A stretch of DNA of 64,000 bases from IMG/VR virus record IMGVR_UViG_3300017987_000005, positions 119,649-183,648 of that record. One strand, 5' to 3'. The DNA is from a virus. The position numbers and the translations under genes are program-made. Positions 1-10,055 of this stretch are shown here, piece by piece. Below the pieces are notes generated by a model that was given only the letters and a program-made list of their open reading frames with translations, did no database searches and was not told where the DNA came from. Every line of letters begins with the position of its first letter. The stretch's first letter is position 1.

Positions 1-212
1 CTTTCAATAAATTCGGTGTAGTGATGCTTCTCCATATCCTGTCCCTCGAGTTCAACAATGAACTGCGGGTTAGCTCGAGAAGGAGGCTGGTTTACTCCTG
101 ACTTCTTCTCAGGCGATTGGGCAGCATCAGTCGAAATTCTCGACTGCTGAGTAGTGGGGATAGATTCCCCGGTATACTCTATACTACATACTTCATACTG
201 TTCGTCTACCAA
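1..212 (-). CDS. 5' part of a probable baseplate hub / late control D-like protein (runs off the window)
   Basis: Open frame from TTG at 212 preceded by AGGAG, reading ...NPQFIVELEGQDMEKHH...; follows the tail-X-like gene in tail synteny. Confidence 0.45.
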   Translation of the reverse strand, partial: MVDEQYEVCSIEYTGESIPTTQQSRISTDAAQSPEKKSGVNQPPSRANPQFIVELEGQDMEKHHYTEFIE

Positions 213-507
213 TTTTTGCAAACTCCTGCTGTTCTGGAATATAGATTTCTCCCTCCCCCATCTCGAGGGGAAAAAGAACCTCGTTTATATCGGCAATAAG
301 CCACCACTTACGCTCATCTTTTCCATGCGAATGGGCTACCATGTCAATCATATCGCGTTCCCGGACAAACCGCACCTTCAACGGAGTAGAGATATCTGTA
401 CGCTTGACTGGAGTGCGTGAGTGTATAAACACTTTGACTGAACCATCAAGATGCTTAACACTCGTATACTTCAATCCGCGATATCTGCTATTTCCATATA
501 CCGGCAT
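193..507 (-). CDS. baseplate wedge / tail X (LysM-like) protein
   Basis: DMIDMVAH...WWLIADINEV...IYIP pattern; position after the tube-initiator gene. Confidence 0.6.
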   Translation of the reverse strand: MPVYGNSRYRGLKYTSVKHLDGSVKVFIHSRTPVKRTDISTPLKVRFVRERDMIDMVAHSHGKDERKWWLIADINEVLFPLEMGEGEIYIPEQQEFAKIGRRTV

Positions 508-516
508 ATAAAATCC

Positions 517-1218
517 TTAAATCGGTGATTCCAGGAACTCTTTAAGTTCTATATCTACATTAGCTCTCTTTATTATCCACGGGTTGTATGACCGCTGAAC
601 AAGAGGCGTTATATCAACTTTTGTAATAACACATGTGAACAGCTTCGGAGAACGGTGATGCTTCAGCCCATTGAATACTAAAATGGGCGGAGAATCCCAT
701 AATCCCGGTATAGTCATCGAACGCATGCGCAACCATTCGATACTTCCCTGCGTAGGTCTCATTCCACGAGTACTATTCGACGTTCCGCCGCGAACATGCC
801 TGTCACCACGGCTTCCAAGCGCGTGAACACTCTTTTCAGGCGATACGTTATAACGAACTCCGTGAGTAAGAACATTCGGACCACGCCATCCGGCACGACC
901 TGAAGCTTCCGGCATATTATCGCCAAGCGAAAAGTCATCAAAAAACAACGTCATCGTAACAATACGCTGACCGGTTCCGTCATACTGCGGACGAACACCT
1001 TCCCACTCACTTACTTCTTCCTCTTCATATTTAGTCTGGCGGGTATCGCTCCAAGTAGTCGGGTTATAGTGGAACAGCATTAAATCAGACGGGTCATCAC
1101 GCTGGAATAACGCCATCTTATACGTATTGGCATTTAACGGTCTCGTCTTCTGCTCATCGTCTGCGCCGAACTTTTTCGGCATCGTAGCTTTACGAGGATA
1201 ATCAGCCATTATTTCCAA
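517..1218 (-). CDS. tail tube initiator / CIS tube-like protein
   Basis: FHYNPT..S..R, MTLFFD and RANVDIELKE motifs; directly after the tape measure gene. Confidence 0.6.
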   Translation of the reverse strand: MEIMADYPRKATMPKKFGADDEQKTRPLNANTYKMALFQRDDPSDLMLFHYNPTTWSDTRQTKYEEEEVSEWEGVRPQYDGTGQRIVTMTLFFDDFSLGDNMPEASGRAGWRGPNVLTHGVRYNVSPEKSVHALGSRGDRHVRGGTSNSTRGMRPTQGSIEWLRMRSMTIPGLWDSPPILVFNGLKHHRSPKLFTCVITKVDITPLVQRSYNPWIIKRANVDIELKEFLESPI

Positions 1219-4200
1219 CTCCCAACACCAGGCGGTTTCCTATCACCTTCGGTATGTCTGCGAAGAAGGTCCTCACCCGAATACTGAAGAACAGTTTCAT
1301 ATATCTTACGTCCGTCAAGATTCAAAACAACAGGTATAACTACAGTCGGCATTGTAGAAGCTCCGCCTCCTGAAGCTGCGGCGGCTGCGGCGGCTGCTCC
1401 TCCTCCGCCTCCTCGCCCTACAGACATGTCATTATCAATACCGATACTCGCTACTGCGCTGGAGTCCCCGAGTCCTGATATCGGCGCCACGATATTTCCA
1501 GCAACAATATTCATTGACATATTAGCTGACATATCGCCACCACCTCCGAATATCGAACTGATTATCTTTCCAATCAATCCGAATATCCCGAATATGGATG
1601 TCAAAACTTTCAAAAATACTTTGAACAAATCAGTAACAATCTTCACTCCCTCGATAAGCTCAGGGAATAATGAATTTCCAAATAATAAATCGTATATCCA
1701 CTTAAAAACTTTATACGCTAAGTATAGCGGAGCTAAAAATGGAAAAAACAAGAAGGCAACCTTTTTCAACGCCCAGCTAAGTTTTTCAAAAAGTCCGAGC
1801 AACCACTTAAATCCGGCAACTATCCATCCGAATAATATTTTTCCGAACCACAGTAAGAATTTACCAGCATACCATATAGCAGCTCCTACTATAAACAGTA
1901 TCCCGGCTATAAGCAATATTATCGGAGCAAGCCCACTCGCCCACATAGCGGTAGCAAAATTCCACGTAGCAACTACGGCACTCCATACCATAGGAACGAG
2001 AGCTATCAATCCAGAGATAGCTGCTGCTATCGCTTTTGCCGCTAACCCTATAAGATTAAACTTCAAAATAGCAACAGCAGCTATGAGAGCAACAATCGGT
2101 TTAGCGAGTACTTCGAATGCTTTTATCAACCCCTTTGTCGGCTTCAAAAAATCTTTGGCTGCATCTATCCACTCATTAAATTTATCCACGGCGGGAGATA
2201 CAAAATCTACTAAATCATTCCATAAATCGACAAACGGTGTCATCATATCAATCAGAACATTTATTATCCCCATAATCAATAGATTAAGAAGCTTAATAAG
2301 TATCCTGATAATATATACTGCTGCGACTATCGGGAAAAACAGTGCTCCGAGGAATACTCCGGCAACGATAGCGACAGCCTTAAACACTTGAGCAAGTATT
2401 GATACGAGCGACCTGAACATATGCACTAGTTTCTGAACAGCTAATCCAATGGTGCGCATCAAATCAAAAAACGGCTCCAGTACAACTTTTATCAGTCCCC
2501 ATGCTTTATAAAATACGTACCCCAAGAACGCTACGGCAGCGGCTATCCCTAAAACTATCCAAGTTACAGGATTAGTAAGTAATGCCCACGTAAACTTCAG
2601 TACGGCTGCGGTAGCTCCCCATAAAGCAATAATCATTTTCTTAATAGCTACGCCCGCAGCAAATAACTGTGCTTTTCCAAACGCTATTGTCGCTGCTTCT
2701 CCAGCCACTAACCCCGGTATGTATTTGTTCCATATCAATAAAACGTTATTCCACTGCGCTGCCCACCACGCTTTTGACGCTACGGTATTCATCACTGTAG
2801 CAGTAAACAATCCCCAGTATTTAGCAATCAATGCTTGAGTAGAAAGTATGTGATACAGTAATGGAGTAATAAGAATCCAGAAAGCTAATGCTAACGCTCC
2901 TATGGCAGCTAAAACCCCGCCCTTTCCGAGTACTCTCATTAAAGACTGTGTCCACGATATTACTTGCTTTACAGCTCTAATGACTAGCTTAATAGCTGCA
3001 ACGGCGGCAGTTATTGGGAAGAATATTACGGCAATCGCTTTCTGAAAATCAGTACTGTTCCCACTAACTACGTCGAGAATAGAATTCAATATTTTAATAG
3101 AAGCAATTAAAGCGAACACTACTCCGACTACCGATGCTATCGCAGCCCCCGCAAACCCGAACACCTGAGACAGTTTTGATAAAACTGCTGACCCTATCCT
3201 CCCCTGGGCAATCCAGTTCTGAGTAAAAGTCCCGAGCTTTCCGATATACTTTGTTACAAACGCAGTAACCTTACCCCACTGCTTTAACACTTTATTCCAA
3301 ATACTCTGCCACCATACTACGGACATAATATTTGCTTTTAGTATAATGAGCTGCCCCCACAAATACTTAACTCCCTTTGAAGCTGCCGACCATGCTACTT
3401 TCCCGAAGGCAAGCATCTTTGCTCCAGCCCACTTAAGCAGATTTCCAAGTTCAGTAACAGCCTTCCCCTGCATTACCCATACTTTCCAGGTCATCCTCAG
3501 TTGCTTAGTAAACGCTGCATATACCGTGCCCATCTTCTCAGTAGTACGGACTAACAGTTTCTTAGCTAATGTCAATATTCCCATTTTATTAGCCATCATT
3601 GCAGCAGCCCAGCTTCCGCGATTCACAGCGCTCGCCCACTTAATAAGAAGTACTCTGGAAAGCATAAACAGCGTCAGTAGGGCAGATAACCCCGCCATTA
3701 CTATTGTAATAACAGTTACTAACCCTGCGGTAAGTCCTACGAGCATCCATATGGGACGAGGAATCATAAGAAGTGCGGCAAAAAATGCTATGAAAACATT
3801 TATGACAGCTCTCAGCGGAGGAAGTAATGCGGAACCAACGATAATCGCAAGGTTCTTAATAGACCCTATTAAAATCATAATTTTAGCGTGTACTGACGTA
3901 GCTGTAATTGCATACTGCTCATTAAGTTCGGTCCCCTGGCGAAATGCGTTATTAGCAACGCCGACCTGCTTTTCAATATCGCGAACACGAGCAGTCAAAC
4001 CCATGAATACACGAATAGCACGAGCAGCGTTCAGACCGAGTACCTCAATCGCAGGAGCAACTTCGCTCCTACTCAAGTTACCGAGTCGAGTCAACACTCT
4101 GACAAGAATTTCCATCGGTCGTGTCTGGAGCATTGTCGAATATACTTCCTGAGTTACTCCGATAAAATCTGCAAATGCTTTTTGGCGCTTGGACATCATC

Positions 4201-4925
4201 GTCATAAATTTAATCATCTGTGTAGCAGCAACGGTCGGCTGTTCACCGAGGTCCCTGATTACACCGGCAAGACCGATGACTTCAGGAGCAGTGAATCCCA
4301 TCTGACGAGCCATACCACCCATCCTCATTGTGGTCTTAGCGAGGATGTCAGCAGTAGCAGTCGTAGTCGTCGCTACCTTAACCATAGCAGACGCAACTTT
4401 ATCAGCATTCTTCGTCAGGTCCATCCCGAATACTTTTGAGATACGACCAATAGCGATAGCAGATTCAGCTTCAGACATCACTGTCGTTTTAGACAGCTTC
4501 GCGGCAGTAAGAGCACCTTGTTTCAATGCGTCCATTCCACGGACACCGAGACGAGCAAGTTCAACAGCAGTGTTTCCAAGTTCTGCTGCGGACATCGGTA
4601 AGGTAGCTGACATCTCAAGATACGCTTTAGACAGCGAGTTAATATCAGAGACGTGCATCCGGGTAATTCGGCGAAGGTCAGTCATTATGCGTTCCATCTC
4701 GATTGCTTCGCTAACGACCTTTCCCAATCCAACGGCAAGACCTGCCGCTGCGACAGACGCTACGGCAGAGACGGCTGTCGATAAACCCATTACGGCAGAC
4801 TGTGCTTTAAGCGCGCTGACAGCAGTCATGCCGAGATATTTATTGGTGCGCAGGATATTCTCCAAACCTTTCGGTTTTTCAGCGAATACCCGAATGCCCA
4901 TTCCAATTAAACCACGTACTGCCAT
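1209..4925 (-). CDS. tail tape measure protein (TP901-like N-terminal core)
   Basis: 1238 aa, Ala-rich helical N-terminal half, long hydrophobic Trp-periodic C-terminal half; follows the chaperone gene. Confidence 0.9.
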   Translation of the reverse strand: MAVRGLIGMGIRVFAEKPKGLENILRTNKYLGMTAVSALKAQSAVMGLSTAVSAVASVAAAGLAVGLGKVVSEAIEMERIMTDLRRITRMHVSDINSLSKAYLEMSATLPMSAAELGNTAVELARLGVRGMDALKQGALTAAKLSKTTVMSEAESAIAIGRISKVFGMDLTKNADKVASAMVKVATTTTATADILAKTTMRMGGMARQMGFTAPEVIGLAGVIRDLGEQPTVAATQMIKFMTMMSKRQKAFADFIGVTQEVYSTMLQTRPMEILVRVLTRLGNLSRSEVAPAIEVLGLNAARAIRVFMGLTARVRDIEKQVGVANNAFRQGTELNEQYAITATSVHAKIMILIGSIKNLAIIVGSALLPPLRAVINVFIAFFAALLMIPRPIWMLVGLTAGLVTVITIVMAGLSALLTLFMLSRVLLIKWASAVNRGSWAAAMMANKMGILTLAKKLLVRTTEKMGTVYAAFTKQLRMTWKVWVMQGKAVTELGNLLKWAGAKMLAFGKVAWSAASKGVKYLWGQLIILKANIMSVVWWQSIWNKVLKQWGKVTAFVTKYIGKLGTFTQNWIAQGRIGSAVLSKLSQVFGFAGAAIASVVGVVFALIASIKILNSILDVVSGNSTDFQKAIAVIFFPITAAVAAIKLVIRAVKQVISWTQSLMRVLGKGGVLAAIGALALAFWILITPLLYHILSTQALIAKYWGLFTATVMNTVASKAWWAAQWNNVLLIWNKYIPGLVAGEAATIAFGKAQLFAAGVAIKKMIIALWGATAAVLKFTWALLTNPVTWIVLGIAAAVAFLGYVFYKAWGLIKVVLEPFFDLMRTIGLAVQKLVHMFRSLVSILAQVFKAVAIVAGVFLGALFFPIVAAVYIIRILIKLLNLLIMGIINVLIDMMTPFVDLWNDLVDFVSPAVDKFNEWIDAAKDFLKPTKGLIKAFEVLAKPIVALIAAVAILKFNLIGLAAKAIAAAISGLIALVPMVWSAVVATWNFATAMWASGLAPIILLIAGILFIVGAAIWYAGKFLLWFGKILFGWIVAGFKWLLGLFEKLSWALKKVAFLFFPFLAPLYLAYKVFKWIYDLLFGNSLFPELIEGVKIVTDLFKVFLKVLTSIFGIFGLIGKIISSIFGGGGDMSANMSMNIVAGNIVAPISGLGDSSAVASIGIDNDMSVGRGGGGGAAAAAAAASGGGASTMPTVVIPVVLNLDGRKIYETVLQYSGEDLLRRHTEGDRKPPGVGSWK

Positions 4926-4932
4926 TAGTTAT

Positions 4933-5172
4933 CTACCTTTTACGTCCTCTTGCTCGTGCCGACCGTGCGGATGCTTCAGCTTTCCGCGCCTGCTCGTTCT
5001 TTTTATCTATCCGTTCCATCGCTTTATCCGCAAACCACTTCAACGTAGGAAGCGGCATATTGATACATTCCGCATACCCAAAGCGAAACTCGAGTGCAAT
5101 AACTGCTATTCTTGAGTTTATCCAATCGTTGACTTTCCTTTCGTTCGAGCTTTGGGTCTCGAGAATAAAAAA
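4933..5172 (-). CDS. -1 frameshift extension of the tail assembly chaperone (G-T type)
   Basis: Slippery T-TTT-TTA at 5172-5166; the -1 frame is open (FILETQ...FGYAECINMPLPTLKWF...GRKR) to TAG at 4933, just before the TMP start. Confidence 0.8.
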   Translation of the reverse strand, partial: FFILETQSSNERKVNDWINSRIAVIALEFRFGYAECINMPLPTLKWFADKAMERIDKKNEQARKAEASARSARARGRKR

Positions 5173-5906
5173 TCCGCGCCACTAACCTCCATTGTGACTT
5201 CCTGTCCACAACTCGGGCAATCGGCGCTATGAGAAGTCTCCACTCCCGGAAGATTCTCATTAATTCCATCAGTAAGTTCGTCAATGTACTTAACAGGAAG
5301 CCCGTCAAGCTGCTTCATGAGTTCTTTTCCATCGACTTTCTTCCCGTCAGAAGTTAATATCGTACGGGCGTACATCTGGTGCTGTGCTGCGATAGGATTG
5401 TTCTGCGCAAGCTTGGCAATAATCTTCTGGTCCTCACAGTTCGGAAGACGTACAGTACAATCCCAGTTTTCGGTTTTAACATTAAACTTCGCTTCGAAAT
5501 CCTCGATTTTGAAATCATCGTCATCCATCGGAAAACATTCTATGTCTCCGATTTCAAGCGTACCGCCCCACGAATTCCCGCATGCGGGACATTTAAGGTC
5601 GAGGTCGATATGGTCACCGAGGGAAAGCTGACGTATCTTCAGAAGAAGATAGTCCGAGTCAGCCATGAGTAAACGTTTTGCCTCACGGCTCGGGGTAAAG
5701 GGATTACCACCCACAGAAACAACACATGCGTCCAGGACAGCATTTATAATCTTATATCCGTCCTTACGCATTTCAGGCTGCGCTACTTTTTTGCGCAGCC
5801 CACCAGTCATAGACTTAATGGTGCAGCTCTTTTCGAGCGACCCATCCTCATTGAGCACTCCACAGAGAAGCTCAATATCTACAGTGTCTTCATCAAACTT
5901 TGCCAT
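5118..5906 (-). CDS. tail assembly chaperone (T4 gp26-like, two CxxC motifs)
   Basis: Between tube and TMP; D.DYLLLKIRQLSLG, CPACG, CPSCG. Confidence 0.75.
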   Translation of the reverse strand: MAKFDEDTVDIELLCGVLNEDGSLEKSCTIKSMTGGLRKKVAQPEMRKDGYKIINAVLDACVVSVGGNPFTPSREAKRLLMADSDYLLLKIRQLSLGDHIDLDLKCPACGNSWGGTLEIGDIECFPMDDDDFKIEDFEAKFNVKTENWDCTVRLPNCEDQKIIAKLAQNNPIAAQHQMYARTILTSDGKKVDGKELMKQLDGLPVKYIDELTDGINENLPGVETSHSADCPSCGQEVTMEVSGADFLFSRPKARTKGKSTIG

Positions 5907-5934
5907 GTTAATTCCCCTTCAAGAGAATAAGGTT

Positions 5935-5968
5935 GAGGGAGAGCCGCCTGACAAAACGACTCTCCCTG
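5935..5968 (-). terminator. hairpin after the tail tube gene (attenuator-like)
   Basis: AGGGAGAGTCG/CGGCTCTCCCT stem; weak U tail. Confidence 0.4.
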
Positions 5969-5986
5969 AAGTAACGGTCTTTTTAC

Positions 5987-6484
5987 TTAGAAACTGTCGA
6001 GCTGCGCGAAGCTGGTCCTCTCGGAAACGACGGTCAGCGTGTGAATCAGAACTTCTGATGCACCTGCATCGAGGTCGCCTACTTCAACGGCAGAAGGCCA
6101 TGCATTCTCAAGCTTATACGACAGTATAACAGCCTGGTCGATTTCACCCTGAACTCTGATGATGATATCCTCGCGAATATCTTCCATAGACAACGGAGAA
6201 CCGGGTTCCCCTGCGTCCATGATTGTCTTCGCAGTCTCTCTCCATCCGAGGAGCGCTGCGGTAGCCTCGTCATCGCCGGCACCGCGCTCAAGCGTAACAT
6301 CCCCGGAACTCGCCTGACCGACAAGTTTCCTCGGGTATGCAGCCATATTTCCCTCACGGTACTCAATGACCTCAGATTCATCAGAGAGACCGGATACCAT
6401 AGAGAATCCAAAGGTACCGATGGCACCTATCTCTACTTCATATTTGTAGTTCCGTGAAACCTCTCTTTGTCCTATATTCGCCAT
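5987..6484 (-). CDS. tail tube protein (T4 gp19-like)
   Basis: GFSMVSGL..E.EVIEYREGN, VTLERG, NAWPS...GDLDA. Confidence 0.92.
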   Translation of the reverse strand: MANIGQREVSRNYKYEVEIGAIGTFGFSMVSGLSDESEVIEYREGNMAAYPRKLVGQASSGDVTLERGAGDDEATAALLGWRETAKTIMDAGEPGSPLSMEDIREDIIIRVQGEIDQAVILSYKLENAWPSAVEVGDLDAGASEVLIHTLTVVSERTSFAQLDSF

Positions 6485-6500
6485 ACTATGACTCCTTCAA

Positions 6501-8471
6501 TTAAACGGTCTCAGTGATAGACCCACCACCATCCCACAGACCGATTTTGAATACAACAAACTCGGCGGGTAGCGGCGGGTTAACGCCAATTTCACAGACG
6601 ACTTTCCCCTGGTTGCGTACTTCTTCGGGATTGTTTTCTGCGTCACACTTAACGTAGAAAGCACGACCCATATCATCTGACGGGTAAAGCATACCCTCCT
6701 GCCACAGGCCACGGAGGAATTTTGTCACAACGTTGCGTATCTGTCCCCACAGTTTCGGGTCGCTGTTTTTGAAAACAGCCCACTGCGTTCCTTCAAAGAC
6801 TGTAGCCTTGATGAAATTCAGCAGCCCGCGAACGTTCGTGTAATGACGTCCATCGGTAAGAGAGGTGAGAGTACGCACACCCCAAATACGAATACCGCGA
6901 GTTCCGAAGTCACGGATGCAGTTAATTCCGAGCGGGTTCAGGATGTCCTGCTCACCGTTCGATACATCGTATTCGAGACTCTTAGCGTTCGCAACAACAA
7001 CATTCGCAGGAGCAACAGAAATATTCTGCTGTCCGGCTACACGAGCCCATATTCCCTGGAAAGCTCCGTCCGGAGATATGAGTTTATTTCCGCCGAGACC
7101 ATCATCAATGTTGTACCACGGGTACAGAAGGATAGCATGACTGCTGTCCACATTGACAACCTGGCTCCTCCACTGCTTAATCTGAGTGGGATTATAGCCA
7201 GCCGGTCCAGCATAAATATAAGAAATGGTCCCGCGCTGAATCTCACAATAACGAACACCTTCCAGAATCACAGCTTCCGTCGTGACACCCGGAACTGAAA
7301 GCATGTTCACTTCGCGAACATCTTCCAGAAGACCCATGCCGGTCCGAGGAGCGGTCTGAGTCCCGATGTAGTCATCATTGCTCGGAGTTCCACCGGCATT
7401 TCCGCCAGCCATCGCTACAGCGCTTCCGTCATACGGCGATGCCATATTAAACGGAATGTTATCGCCGACACTCGAACCACCGCCAGTATAACTCAGCTCG
7501 ACATACTGCGAGATATTCTGTGAACCGGTCGTAGCATTCACGATAGTCCCGTAGAATCGAGGACTCTGAGCACTTGCTGAAAGATTGTCAAGAGTATCTT
7601 CAATAACAACGCCGTTATTCGAAACGACAACACTGAACTCAAGTGATGCGACATACGGAGTCATGTCTGCACCCGGAGTTATCGAGGAATCGATTGTCAC
7701 TATATTACCGTTGATAGCGGTAATTCTGCGAGTCCACTGATAGGCGGCGCCACCGACGCTATCCCAGTAAACAATGCTTACAGCATCACCGATTTCCAGC
7801 GCGCCGATGCTCTGAAGCGTAAGCTGCGTAACAGCCACGCCGTTGCTCAGAACACCGTTAACCCGAGTGGAAATCTTATGTGTCGTAGCACATACACCGG
7901 GGTAAGTCTGAGTCGTAACTCCGTTGACGGTGCCTGAGAAAGTAACGGCAGCGTGGTAAATCTTGTTTCCAACAATATCTACAACGTGAACCTCTACCCA
8001 TGCAGCTCCGTCCCAAAAGTTGATGATGTCCCCAATCTCGACATTGGAAGCATCTACGAGGTCAACTTCAGTCCCCGTTGCGGATACGAGGTCATCTGAC
8101 GGGTCAATCAGACACGTATACCGCGTAGTTGTAATTGTTGCTCCGTTCATCTCTGTACCGACGTACCTCGCGTCAGCGTCCATATCATCCAGAGATGCAC
8201 TTGCAGCAAGTGCGCCGGTCCCTACGACGCGAATGACGTAACACCTGGTTCCGCCATTATCAAAAAACGCTTTGACAGCTTCATCGAGATTTCCACCGTC
8301 AGGTCCGAATGTGCTTTCATACTGGGCATAGTTGGTGACCAGTACAGCGACATTCGTAGGACCGCTAGGAGCAGTCCCTATGAAGGAACCGGTTCCCGTT
8401 CCAACTCCGAGGAGAGTCGGACGTCCACCGATTTCTTCAACGTAAACATCCGGATGTAATCTTTGCGCCAT
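6501..8471 (-). CDS. contractile tail sheath protein
   Basis: HPDVYVEEI, FFDNGG.RCYVIRV, APAN, LNPLGINCIR, IWGVRTL, PAEFVVF. Confidence 0.95.
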   Translation of the reverse strand: MAQRLHPDVYVEEIGGRPTLLGVGTGTGSFIGTAPSGPTNVAVLVTNYAQYESTFGPDGGNLDEAVKAFFDNGGTRCYVIRVVGTGALAASASLDDMDADARYVGTEMNGATITTTRYTCLIDPSDDLVSATGTEVDLVDASNVEIGDIINFWDGAAWVEVHVVDIVGNKIYHAAVTFSGTVNGVTTQTYPGVCATTHKISTRVNGVLSNGVAVTQLTLQSIGALEIGDAVSIVYWDSVGGAAYQWTRRITAINGNIVTIDSSITPGADMTPYVASLEFSVVVSNNGVVIEDTLDNLSASAQSPRFYGTIVNATTGSQNISQYVELSYTGGGSSVGDNIPFNMASPYDGSAVAMAGGNAGGTPSNDDYIGTQTAPRTGMGLLEDVREVNMLSVPGVTTEAVILEGVRYCEIQRGTISYIYAGPAGYNPTQIKQWRSQVVNVDSSHAILLYPWYNIDDGLGGNKLISPDGAFQGIWARVAGQQNISVAPANVVVANAKSLEYDVSNGEQDILNPLGINCIRDFGTRGIRIWGVRTLTSLTDGRHYTNVRGLLNFIKATVFEGTQWAVFKNSDPKLWGQIRNVVTKFLRGLWQEGMLYPSDDMGRAFYVKCDAENNPEEVRNQGKVVCEIGVNPPLPAEFVVFKIGLWDGGGSITETV

Positions 8472-8770
8472 TACTTATCCTCCTTATCTTTAGGTTTACT
8501 ACTTGATTTTTTTGCAGGTTTTTTTGACTCGCCACTCTCTTCTTTCTTATCTTCCTTATCTTCCTTAGCAGCTTTTGCATCCTCAATCGAAATTTCTTTA
8601 CGGTCAAGGGCTGCTACAAGCTGTCTCGATGCAGCGTCATCGTTCTTCAAAGATACGCTTTCACCTGGAGCAAGATGTACGGCTCTGCGTCTACCGTTCT
8701 CGTCGAAAGAGTCTAAGTCATACGCTCTCAAATTTTTTGTGAGATTAGTAACTTGCTTCATATTGAGCAC
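8471..8770 (-). CDS. hypothetical virion-module protein with Lys-rich tail
   Basis: Tightly packed ORF before the sheath gene; start may be ATG 8761. Confidence 0.65.
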   Translation of the reverse strand: MLNMKQVTNLTKNLRAYDLDSFDENGRRRAVHLAPGESVSLKNDDAASRQLVAALDRKEISIEDAKAAKEDKEDKKEESGESKKPAKKSSSKPKDKEDK

Positions 8771-10055
8771 TCCTTTCTATTACAATTACGTTAATATCAA
8801 TATCGGTAGCAAGCTTAGACTCTTTAACCGCTCCGATACTACGGTACCTCCCGAACCGTAGTGGAACGTCCACGACGGTAAGTTCATCAATAACTCTGGA
8901 AGGTGTCGTGACTTCATCATACCGCAAAGTCCACTTCAATCTTCTTCCAAGCCCTTCAGAATAAACTGAGCGTCGTTCAATGAGCCTACGTATCCCTTCC
9001 TCCATTCTAACAGCCTGCTCTGTACGATGAGCTTGGCATAAGAGGTCGAAACGAAATTCTGCCCAACGCTCCAGGTATGTTCGCGAAGAAAAGTCCCACC
9101 AGTTTATTTCAACTTTATCTTCATAGGGACCCCACTCTTCTTCATTAATAGTTGCTATAACAAGAGCAACTTCATCAGATAACTGGACAATAGGCTTCGT
9201 TTCAACATGAACTGGTGGCCTATGACCAAACTGGAATTCAACATATCCATCCTGCTCTGATGTAAATGTAATGTTTCCGTCAGAACTCCAATCAGAAACG
9301 ACGTTGGTCGTTTTCTGCGGGTCGTCATCTATATTGTATGCTCTGACGTACTCGACAATCGTAGACGCCGGGACCGTATTCCCTTCAGGGTCAGTCCTGG
9401 TCGTATACGGAAGCCTATATGTATCGGCTCTATCTAATTCTTTGACGACACGGTCATCAAAATAATAGTAATTCTGTAGGTGCATAGATATTGAACGAAT
9501 ACTATCATCAAGAAAATTATCCCGGATACTTTCGACAAAATCAATAGCTATCCAGTTAAACTTAGGCTTAGTATCCAAATCAACCGGGTACATCTTAATC
9601 CACATCATTATATTACGCTCGCCGGGCGAAAGACTCTGTATCCCCTGATGGAATTTGTTCTCATTCATCCACTCAGGCTCATCGTAGTCGTCCCCAAGAA
9701 GCATGTGAATCCCAAGTCCTCCAACATAATCTCCGCCGCCACCCCTGGCTCCCCCGATAGTCACCCAACGCTGACCATTAAAATACTGCCAATGATTGCC
9801 TCCATCAGTAGATATCCTAAATCCTAATTTGCAATCACTTGCACTAACAGTTAACCCGAAAAAACTATCGATAAGCGACGCCCGTAATGAATAACTCTTG
9901 AAGTCAGCAGGGTAATACATACCTCCACGCGCGTAGTTTCCGTATACATCCGTCTTACGCAACGATATAAAACGGGATGAAGTATCAAGGTAGGCATCCC
10001 TACTTGACATCTCCCATCCATCAAATCTGTTTGCGCAAAAAACTAGACTAGCCAT
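8745..10055 (-). CDS. putative tail terminator / neck protein
   Basis: 436 aa ORF in the head-tail junction; function from synteny only. Confidence 0.5.
   Translation of the reverse strand: MASLVFCANRFDGWEMSSRDAYLDTSSRFISLRKTDVYGNYARGGMYYPADFKSYSLRASLIDSFFGLTVSASDCKLGFRISTDGGNHWQYFNGQRWVTIGGARGGGGDYVGGLGIHMLLGDDYDEPEWMNENKFHQGIQSLSPGERNIMMWIKMYPVDLDTKPKFNWIAIDFVESIRDNFLDDSIRSISMHLQNYYYFDDRVVKELDRADTYRLPYTTRTDPEGNTVPASTIVEYVRAYNIDDDPQKTTNVVSDWSSDGNITFTSEQDGYVEFQFGHRPPVHVETKPIVQLSDEVALVIATINEEEWGPYEDKVEINWWDFSSRTYLERWAEFRFDLLCQAHRTEQAVRMEEGIRRLIERRSVYSEGLGRRLKWTLRYDEVTTPSRVIDELTVVDVPLRFGRYRSIGAVKESKLATDIDINVIVIERSAQYEASY

Noticed and set aside
170-196. Possible TAG recoding (ATG AAG TAT GTA GTA TAG)
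   Set aside because: Another frame is open from TTG 212; genes elsewhere end normally at TAG; no suppressor tRNA seen
1426-5115. Long plus-strand ORFs (321, 268, 261 aa)
   Set aside because: Antisense shadows of the tape measure gene with no RBS or motifs; the same applies to the other plus-strand ORFs in the track
5024-5308. 94-aa minus-strand ORF overlapping the chaperone
   Set aside because: Wrong frame; the -1 frame ending at 4933 gives the chaperone-like extension
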